Translations under genes and position numbers: made by a program | Part shown: positions 28,862 through 37,228 of the stretch, piece after piece | Layout: each line of letters opens with the position of its first letter | How positions within the stretch are numbered: position 1 is the stretch's first letter | The notes under the pieces: model-generated | What the model was told of the DNA's origin: nothing | Databases searched by the model: none | What the model saw: only the letters and a program-made list of their open reading frames with translations | Assembly (NCBI RefSeq): GCF_006345805.1 | Contig: NW_021832769.1 | Coordinates: 1-37,228 of the forward strand | Direction: 5' to 3' | Length of the DNA: 37,228 bases | Origin: Octopus sinensis | Lineage: Eukaryota

Positions 28862-29074
28862 TTGTTTTTAATTTAGGCAAAAGGCCCCCACATTTGGGGA
28901 AACATTAGGTCGATTAAATCAACTGCAGTTCCCCGAGTGATATTTTATTTTATCGACCCCGGAAGGATGAGAGTCGAATTTGACCTCAATGGGACCTAAA
29001 CACAGAACGTAAAGAGCCGGAACAAATAACGCAACACATTTTATCCGATGCTCCAATTATTCTGCCAAGCCACC
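28862..29074 (-). mobile_element. tRNA-derived SINE family 2, second adjacent and more diverged copy
   Basis: Same motif order (TATCGACCCCGGAAGGATGA...GACCTC...CAGAACGTAAAGA...TTCTGCCA). Confidence 0.8.
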
Positions 29075-29082
29075 ATCACTTG

Positions 29083-29210
29083 TAACAACAACAACAACAA
29101 TAATAATAGTAATAATAATAATGATGATGATGATGGCGACAACGACGAAGACAACAGGAACAACAACAATGATAATAATAACTACAACTACTACTGCTGC
29201 TGCTATTACA

Positions 29211-29250
<40 letters not shown>

Positions 29251-29318
29251 TTACTACTATTACTACTACTACAACAACTACTACTACTACCACTACTACT
29301 GCCCCTAATATTATTATG

Positions 29319-29349
<31 letters not shown>

Positions 29350-29443
29350 CCTCAGCGTTCACCTTTGTGGCAAATAAATGAAATTCTCATCAATATTATT
29401 ATCATTATTATTATTATTACTATTATTTTTATTATCACCATTA

Positions 29444-29486
<43 letters not shown>

Positions 29487-29488
29487 CA

Positions 29489-29533
<45 letters not shown>

Positions 29534-29770
29534 GAAGAAAGCAATAACAACAACAAATCGAAATAAACAGCTTCAACAAACTTAGTAGGGAGAAAATAAC
29601 ATTTAAGAGCAACAAGAATATGAGAAACAATAATAATAAACAAGCATTAACTCCAACAATATTAGCAACAACAGCAAATCAACATCATCATCATCGTCAT
29701 CACCACCATCACCACGATCATCATCATTCTTATCAACCTCCTCCTCCTCATCATCATCAGCAGCAGTAGT

Positions 29771-29811
<41 letters not shown>

Positions 29812-29822
29812 TAGTAGTAGTA
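29083..29822. repeat. Mosaic of trinucleotide microsatellites (AAC, AAT, GAT, CTA, TTA, CAT, CAG, TAG)
   Basis: Seen directly. Confidence 0.9.
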
Positions 29823-30365
29823 GGACGAAGAGAACCTGCTAGATCATTATTAATTAAAGTATTCATTTCTTGAGTTTAATCGTGTTAAAGTAGAATCCTT
29901 CAAAATGGTTACATTATGAAGTCTGAGTTTTATGTCACTCAATTATTTCCCCCCACAAACCGTCGCCACATTGTTGCTACATCAAGCCAAGCAAACCCAT
30001 AGGATTAATGAAGCTTTGTTTTTTCTTTCTCTATTATATTTTTGTTTTTTTCTTAGTTATGCTTTTTCTCCAATAATTTGCTTTTTAAAAAATTTTCCCT
30101 TATTTTTATGTCTGTCAAATTTTCCTTTATTTTTTTATATTGTGTTTCTTTTTTTTCGTTCCTTTATTTCTTTCATTGTTTCTTCCCCACCTCTTCCTTT
30201 GTTTCTTTCTCTCTTACTTTCTGTCTCTTTCTATTCCATTTTTTCTTTCCTTCTTCCTTTCTTTCTTTCTTTCTTTCTTTCTTTCTGTAGCTATTCAAAA
30301 CTGTTTTTTTACTGCTTAAGCATTCGTTCGATTTCATTTGATTTGTATAAGCGTGTTATATGCAT

Positions 30366-30405
<40 letters not shown>

Positions 30406-30714
30406 CACATATATACGTTTGTGTGTGTGTGTGTGTTATATGTTTTCTGTTCTATGTGCTATGTGTGTATCTACGTTGTCTGTATACATGTGAAGCTACA
30501 TATGTTATGTATGCGTTCGTAATTTAGATTTTTGAACATCACACTATCAAGTTGATGGATGAGACCAGGTCGTACCACGTGATCCATGCCGACACACGTG
30601 CTTTAAGCTATTCAACGTGACCATTCTTATGCTAAGACATTTGCAATTTGTAATTATTTTTGCCGCTGATGTTGCAGATTTTGTTTCTACGTTTACGTTT
30701 TTTTTTTCGCAGGT

Positions 30715-30716
<2 letters not shown>

Positions 30717-30756
<40 letters not shown>

Positions 30757-31110
30757 GGTATCTTCATCTTTATCACCATCATCATCATCGTCGTTATCCT
30801 CATTAGCATCATCTTTATCGTTATTATTATCATCATCGGTATCATCCTCTTCGGCATCATCATCATCATCATCATCATTATCACCATCAGCAGCAGCAGT
30901 ATCCTTTTCGTCATTGTCATCGTCATCTTCATCGTCCTCACCATTTTCATCACCCTCACCATCATTGTTATCCTTATTATCTTTATCATCGTCATCGTCT
31001 TCATCATCATAGTTATCCTCATCGTATCACCATCTTCATCATCGATATCCTCATTATCGTCATCATCGTCTTCATCATCATTGTCGTCGTCATTATCATT
31101 ATCATTATCC
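30717..31110. repeat. Degenerate (CAT)n microsatellite
   Basis: Seen directly. Confidence 0.9.
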
Positions 31111-31826
31111 GATCAGACTGTACCATTGATCGGATCAACTGGAACCCTCGCCGACGTAACTGGCAGAGTGTAAGTCATTTTTATGTTCCGTATGTGCTGA
31201 GCAACAGATTTTAAGCGTTTTCACATGGAGCAGGCATAAGTTGAGTGAATTGTGGAATGTTATTTGGCGATTGTATGGGGTATGTGTTGTGCGGTTTGGC
31301 TGTTAGTGAATTGATGGTGACTTGCGCAGAATGTGGGTTGTGTAGAGATGTGCTATAGTTTTGGACTTTGTATAATGTTTTAAACCATGGCATAGCTTCT
31401 ACGTTTATGTTCACCTATTCAGATCATATCCAGTGAATCAATTATTAATAGTACTGAGCTGACTTTCTCACCCCACATTCATATTATTTCAGTTTTAAGA
31501 GCTTTATACTTTCACAGTTTCTCTATGTTATTCCGGGCAATGTTTTGGTAAGAAGCGAGAAAAATGTCTACTAGACCACAGGCATTTTCCTTTCTGTCTT
31601 TCATAAATAAATCTAAACAGCTTTTGTTGATAGCTTTGTCAGTTTACAGCTATATACCGGATGAATGTGGTTAGGTCATTTCGTACAATATGTGATAAAT
31701 GTGTATACCACGTTTTCACATTGATGTGTTGACATATTCCATAGTGGACATGATCAAATATTTCTTCGGCAATCGGCGTCCATTTCTCCCTCTCTCTCTC
31801 TATTCTCCCCCGACCGCCCCAATTAC

Positions 31827-32002
31827 GCATAGTGGCATTTCGTCGGTCTGTGCATTCTGAGTTCAGTTGCCCCCGAGGTCACCATTGCCTTTTGTCCTTT
31901 CGAGATCGATAAAGTAAGTATTAATATTTGAGCACTGGACTTGATGTATTCGACTCGCTCCTTCCCCACGAATCTGCTGGCCTTGTGCCAAAGTTGGAAA
32001 CC
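31827..32002 (+). mobile_element. tRNA-derived SINE family 2, 5'-truncated
   Basis: GGCATTTCGTCGGTC...TTCTGAGTTCA...GAGGTC...GCCTTTTGTCCTTTCGAGATCGATAAAGTAAGTA...GCTGGCCTTGTGCCAAAGTTGGAAACC followed by a TATTATTG tail. Confidence 0.85.
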
Positions 32003-32663
32003 ACTATTATTGTTTTTGTTGTTGTTTTTACTATTTCCTTGTCTACATAACGCTCAAATTATTAATATTAAAACAACGTTCATGAGATGTGATCAGATCT
32101 AGAAACGACAGTATCTTTCACAACATTGGCATTGTGGAATAATCGAATATTCGTCGTCGTAAAACTAACAAAAATTTCTTCGGCAATCGGCGTCCATTTC
32201 TCTTTGTCTCTCTCTTTCATTTGCTCTCTCTCTCTCCCTTTCCTTCTCTCTCTCTTCTTGCGGATGGTTGTGGCCAGGAAATACACGATGGGTCACCTAG
32301 TTTAATCTGTAAGCTGTCTTGGTTGATCAGTCATGGGTAACAGCTCTGATCATGAAACGTCTAGTAATTGACTGAACTTGTTTGTCAAGAATATCTGGTG
32401 ATTGAGAATGATGGTAGATGGCATTGGATGGCAGTGTGAAAGTATTTGACATGGCTTCGGGCAGATACACACTCATGGACGCATACACGCACACACTCAC
32501 CACAGACGCAGGCTCATAATGCAGCGGTATATACATACACACGCACATACACGAAGTTGTATATATCAGTGCGTGACGTGTAGAATTATTTGAAATGAGT
32601 TATTGCATAAACACATAAACAGTACACACAGACAAGCAAACACATACACAGGATGTATGTATA

Positions 32664-32704
<41 letters not shown>

Positions 32705-32896
32705 GTATAGCTATAGGTATATATGTATACTTATATATATGTATATATGTATGTATATATATGTATATATGTATGTGCATGTATATAGCTATTTATATAT
32801 ATATAGTGACAAAGAAGCAAACATATATGCATACAATCACAAACACTGTCTAACACAGACTCGTACAAATTGACACACACATACACACACGCACAT

Positions 32897-32963
<67 letters not shown>

Positions 32964-32999
32964 CGGTAAATGACGGAGTATGAATACATCTATGCATGT

Positions 33000-33447
33000 T
33001 TGTCGCAGTTCTTGTATTTATTGAAATTCTTTCTGGGTGGAAATTGGTTTGTATTCGAGAAACAGGATTTCTGTCAATGGAATTTTGATGACACATCTGC
33101 ACAAGCAGGAGTTGTTATAAATTAAGCATAAGAAAAGTCTCGCATATTTTGACTGTACCACTTACAGGTTTTATCCGTAAAGTACATAGTCACTGGACAC
33201 TTAGGTTTTCGAAGTTGTAACTGAAGCATCTACCAACATAACTGACTTCACCAATTATCAATGTTATGAATATAAATTTCTAATCAAGGAAGAGAAGCTC
33301 CAGCTTTCCAAGCAGCTGTCCATTGATACTTTCTTTCTCTTTGGTTTTCGAAGAGATATTTGCATCGACAGGGCAACTAACTTCGGTGACCATACCCGAT
33401 TATTCTTTTCTGCTCCAAACAACAAAATCCGATCTGTCGATTTTGTA
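33000..33447 (-). mobile_element. Decayed R4/Dong-like RLE domain plus putative 3' UTR, divergent family E
   Basis: Single minus frame 33,447-33,115 with 3 internal stops: YKIDRSDFVVWSRKE*SGMVTEVSCPVDANISSKTKEKESINGQLL...FITLIIG...SGTVKICETFL. It shows the same PD/EV.CP.D/KE.K motif layout as families A and C. Confidence 0.75.
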
Positions 33448-33461
33448 CATATATACATAGA

Positions 33462-33603
33462 TAGGAGTGGCTGTGTGGTAAGTAGCTTGCTTACCAACCA
33501 CTTGCGTCCGGGTTTCAGTGGTACCTTGGGCAAGTTTCTTCTACTATACTAATCCTCGGGCCGAGTAAGCCCTTTTGTGTGGTTTTGGTGATACCTGTCG
33601 TAT
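33462..33603 (+). mobile_element. 5' head of SINE family 1 (A-box intact), truncated at a TA tract
   Basis: TAGGAGTGGCTGTGTGGTAAGTAGCTTGCTTACCAACCAC...CCTTGGGCAAGT...CTTCTACTATA; A-box-like TGGCTGTGTGG at 33,468-33,478. Confidence 0.88.
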
Positions 33604-33615
33604 ATATATACAATA

Positions 33616-33668
<53 letters not shown>

Positions 33669-33735
33669 GTATATATAACAATATATATACATATATATAT
33701 ACATATATATATGTATATATATACATATATATATG

Positions 33736-33818
<83 letters not shown>

Positions 33819-33858
33819 ATATACGACAGGTATCACCAAAACCACACAAAAGGGCTTA

Positions 33859-33861
<3 letters not shown>
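33563..33861. repeat. Perfect 41-bp inverted repeat enclosing ~217 bp of (TA)n
   Basis: 33,563-33,603 GAGTAAGCCCTTTTGTGTGGTTTTGGTGATACCTGTCGTAT is the exact reverse complement of 33,821-33,861. Confidence 0.97.
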
Positions 33862-33894
<33 letters not shown>

Positions 33895-34019
33895 TTTATA
33901 TATATATATATATATATCTAATGTAGGATTGAATTTTTCGAAAAAAGTTCTATCAATGGCTAGCATATTAAAAATACCTTTAAAGGTTAAATTTATAAAC
34001 ACAACACACACACACACAC

Positions 34020-34062
<43 letters not shown>

Positions 34063-34063
34063 A

Positions 34064-34370
34064 AAGCGCGTGGCACAGTGGTCAGTGTGTTGCACTCAAG
34101 AGCGCCAGATCGTGGTGTCGATTCCCGGATCAAGTGGTGCGTAATTTTGTTGACCCAAATATTTCATCGACCATTGCTCCGCAACGAATTCGAGATCCTA
34201 TGTGTGGTCCACTGTGCACCTGTACGGGAAACGTCGTGCTGATGGAGAGAGTGAGCTAATATGCTGCACAAAAACCTGATCAGTATATAACCAAGTGATC
34301 GATGCAGGTTGTTCAGTAAGTAATTACCGATTCTCATCCGTCGTCCACGACTGGTGTGTCTACTATGAGT
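34064..34370 (+). mobile_element. tRNA-derived SINE family 3
   Basis: A-box TGGCACAGTGG (34,071-34,081) and B-box-like GGTGTCGATTCC (34,114-34,125) at tRNA-like spacing, followed by a non-tRNA body. The 3' boundary is approximate. Confidence 0.75.
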
Positions 34371-34588
34371 GCTTCTGGTTGCATCCCGCCACTGTTTGAC
34401 GAACGTTGTTGGCTTATTCATGTCTCCGTATTTTTTTAGTTCTTAAGAGGGATCGATAAAATACAAACCAATCTGAAAATAAATACCGGGGTCCACTATA
34501 CCCTTAAAGAATGTGCTCTAGCATGAGCGCAGTCCAACGAGGGGAGTAAGTGAAAAATGAAAGATAAAGATACTCATCTACGCACATA

Positions 34589-34982
34589 GGCGTAGGAGTG
34601 GCTTGCTTATCAACCACATGGTTCCGGGTTCAGTCCCATTGCGTGGCACCTTGGGCAAGTGTCTTCTAAAGCTTCGGGTTGACCAAAGCCTTGTCAGTGG
34701 ATTTGGTAGACGGAAACTGAAAGAAAGCCGTCGTATATATGTACATATGTATGCATGTGTGTGTATATATGTTTGCTTGTCTGTGTTTGTCCCCCCAACA
34801 TCGCTTGACAACCGATGCTGGTGTGTTTACGTCTCCGTAACTTAGCGGTTCTGCAAAGGAGCCCGATAGAGTAAGTACTAGACATACATAGAATAAGTCC
34901 TGGGGTCGATTTGCTCGACTGAAGGCGGTGCTCCAGCATGGCCACAGTCAAATGACTGAAACAATTAAAAGAGTAATAGAGT
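34589..34982 (+). mobile_element. Near full-length tRNA-derived SINE family 1 (15-nt deletion in the A-box)
   Basis: B-box GGTTCAGTCCC at 34,627-34,637, CCTTGGGCAAG motif, internal TA/TG linker, 3' end TGACTGAAACAATTAAAAGAGT. Homologous fragments lie at 19.0, 22.9, 33.5 and 36.4 kb. Confidence 0.92.
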
Positions 34983-35450
34983 ATACATTTCGTACACAGA
35001 CATACATATTCTGCGAGTAACTGAAGCTATGTCTAAAGTATACTTGATAGCAAGATATTAAATTATATTACAAAACCTGGAGGACTCCTATACGAATCAT
35101 TAAACGAATTGACCTGGATGGATGTTGCACAGACACATGGAAAAAGCTGTTGAATTATAAAGGCGAATTATATATTTGAAAAATTAAAAAAAAGGAATTT
35201 GCAGAAATGAGAAATTAAAAGATTTCTATGGAAAAAAAATGGTCTCATGAAAAGTACGTTGTATGCATGCAATATGTCTGAGATAGGTAATATATCTAAT
35301 ATATTTAATATATATGTAAAAACGTGTGATATAACATGATAAAAATCATGATAAAGAAATAACTATATCTTTAAATTCATAAAATTACATATGAATATAT
35401 ATATATATTATATATATATATATATAGATATATATATATATATATATATA

Positions 35451-35601
35451 CCGGAGTAAACACATAAATGTGAAACAAGGTGGAAAATAAGAGTACTCAA
35501 ATACCAGTGGTAGAGTAATATGCTTTATTTTAAGCAGCAGAAAATTCAACAAAATCTGTTACTCTGAGTTTCTCGTTGCCGTTCATCAGACAGTTTTTGC
35601 T
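35451..35601 (-). mobile_element. Probable Penelope-like element terminal (pseudo-LTR) fragment inserted in (TA)n
   Basis: Minus strand reads hammerhead motif, then AATAAA, then ~70 nt, then (TA)n. The hammerhead/PLE association is established knowledge; the PLE assignment here is inference. Confidence 0.6.
35550..35599 (-). ncRNA. Minimal type I hammerhead ribozyme motif
   Basis: CAAAAACUGU-CUGAUGA-ACG GCAA CGA-GAAAC UCAGA GUA/ACAGAUUUUG. Stem I pairs 9/10, the core is intact, stem II has a GCAA tetraloop but an A-A closing mismatch, and stem III is palindromic (ACUC-A-GAGU). Confidence 0.75.
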
Positions 35602-35648
35602 AAACTGTCTGATGAACGGCAACGAGAAACTCAGAGTAACAGATTTTG
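35602..35648 (+). ncRNA. Mirror copy of the hammerhead motif (shorter stem I)
   Basis: CTGATGA 35,609-35,615, GAAAC 35,626-35,630, GTA 35,636-35,638. Confidence 0.65.
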
Positions 35649-35692
35649 TTGAATTTTCTGCTGCTTAAAATAAAGTAGAATATATATATATA

Positions 35693-35734
<42 letters not shown>

Positions 35735-35828
35735 TCGTACATACATGCACATACATCTATATGCATATATGTCTGCATATGTATGTATATATAATATATA
35801 CGTTTATTACATACGTGCATACATATAT

Positions 35829-35877
<49 letters not shown>

Positions 35878-35879
35878 AT

Positions 35880-35936
<57 letters not shown>

Positions 35937-36380
35937 CGCACACATGCAAACACACGCAAACAGAAATTCATAAAGTTTTGAAATATAGAATTTGGAAAAT
36001 GTTAAAAGTTACTCTTTAAACTGTTTTCAAAATGAGATTGATTAGAATGCTTGTGGTAAAATAAAGCAAAATTCATGATAAAACGAATAGAAGTCATCAA
36101 AGTTGAAACGAAGTGAATGGAAATGAAGTAAAAAGAATTAGTGTTAACAGATATTTGGTGTTATGGCCTGAATATTACAAAAGAAAGCAGCTTGTTGCTA
36201 ATTGGAGTCTCAGTTCTACAGAAAGGGTTAAGAGTACTACAGAATGTAGTTTACTAAAGTTAGCAAAGACGACCGTAATAGTATACAGTGTTATGTTGCT
36301 AGAAACGTTAAAGATATATGTGGAAGTGGCTTATATGACGTTTGCCAATATTTCATTGGAATTAAAACATTTTTTTGCTA

Positions 36381-36575
36381 GTTTCATTCGTTAAATTGCG
36401 GCTATGCTCGGGAATATCTTGAAGAGTTTTAGACGAACAAGTTGGCCTTAGCTTTTATGCCTTTCTTTAAAAAATAGCGTCTACCACCTATTCTATCCGA
36501 CCTCTTGCTCAGTCGCTAAGTTACGAGGAACATAAAGAAATACCGGTTGTGGAGCGGTGAGAGGGTATAGTAAAC

Positions 36576-36615
<40 letters not shown>

Positions 36616-36679
36616 ACATGTATGTAAGTTGCAATGTATGTATGTTGCAATGCGAGCTTCTTAACCACAATGTCCTGCC
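36381..36679 (-). mobile_element. Old, degenerate SINE family 1 copy
   Basis: TTGCGGCTATGCT, CTATTCTATC, CGCTAAGTTACG, ACCGGTTGT, a (CA)n linker and GCTTCTTAACCACA are reverse complements of family 1 motifs in the correct order. Confidence 0.7.
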
Positions 36680-37228
36680 TTGTAGTCGTTGACTAAAGTT
36701 AGCGAAGTTGACTGAAAATTTGTACCGTGTTATTTATCTTCCCCGAACGCATTCTGGTGCGTACCGACTAATATCTAATAGTTGTGAGCTCAAATTTTGT
36801 AGAAAGTATAACTCACAATGGAACCAAGAGTTGAAGTTTGAGAGACGACATGGCTTAGCTAATTCTTGAATGGATTAAACAATGCTTATCGTGTGTTAGG
36901 TCGTTTCTTTATGCATCCAGATATATCTTGATGAAGCAGTTGCTCGAAATACCTAATATTAACAAAAGTATGTCTGTTCTGATTTGAACTATTCTTCGTG
37001 AGATTGACGGAGAATTATCGCTAGAGTGAAATTCGGCGTAGTAGACTAAGAATCTCCAGGCTATTGATTTGTCAGGGTTTACATACTATTTGAATTATCA
37101 GTAATCGTTATTTTGTTGTGGTCTCTGATAGAAGACGCAAAGTTTTTTATAAGCAAAGCAGTGTTACTCTGACAATGCTCTTGTGATAGATTTTGTGGGA
37201 GCTCTCTCTCTCTTCTCTCTCTCTCGCT

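Larger units (their letters stand above)
35523..35675. repeat. Perfect palindrome: 74-bp arms with a 5-nt loop (TTGCT)
   Basis: 35,523-35,596 is the exact reverse complement of 35,602-35,675. Confidence 0.97.

Noticed and set aside
29083-29822. Nested quasi-palindrome of complementary triplet blocks (CTA/CTG vs TAG/CAG)
   Set aside because: Complementarity is limited to the simple repeats themselves, with no unique-sequence symmetry.
30700-31012. Strong-looking splice acceptor (T-tract-CGCAG/G at 30,712) before a Ser-rich ORF
   Set aside because: The downstream sequence is a (CAT)n microsatellite, no convincing donor or partner exon was found, and the opposite-strand acidic frame is frameshifted.
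32327-32548. 73-aa minus-strand ORF in unique-looking sequence
   Set aside because: It starts in a TG microsatellite and has no recognisable homology or splice signals.
33160-33175. CACTTACAG/G as a splice acceptor (plus) or GTAAGT donor (minus)
   Set aside because: It lies inside the decayed RLE reading frame, and the flanking frames contain stops.
34064-34135. tRNA gene
   Set aside because: A and B boxes are present but there is no clean cloverleaf or acceptor stem, and it continues into a SINE-like body.
36113-36394. 93-aa non-repetitive ORF
   Set aside because: No recognisable motif, and a length of this order is plausible by chance.

Overview
No host protein-coding gene, RNA gene or CRISPR array is supported in this window. 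It is repeat-dominated, AT-rich animal DNA. The SINE families, RLE retrotransposon remnants and microsatellite density resemble cephalopod (Octopus) genomes; this is an inference from recalled families, not a search. (1) Positions 1-~18,540 are one giant satellite built on TCATTA/TCATTG hexamers. It is organised in tiers: 72/84-bp higher-order repeats, kb-scale modules, and internal duplications offset by ~0.77, ~4.19 and ~11.45 kb, decaying rightward into (TTA)n. All long ORFs in the track there are artefacts of the hexamer. (2) Positions ~18,540-37,228 are a mosaic of microsatellites, tRNA-derived SINE copies and decayed non-LTR elements. The best signals are: a head-to-tail stack of seven 5'-truncated 3' ends (about 4 families; R4/Dong-like restriction-endonuclease coding sequence in three of them) all in the same orientation inside (TAA)n at 25.9-28.6 kb; and a perfect 74-bp palindrome at 35,523-35,675 carrying a minimal type I hammerhead-ribozyme motif on each strand, of the kind found in Penelope-like elements. 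Also present are a second half-hammerhead, a perfect 41-bp inverted duplication around a TA tract, and an 82-bp tandem duplication. These are unusual local arrangements of known element classes rather than a demonstrably new system.
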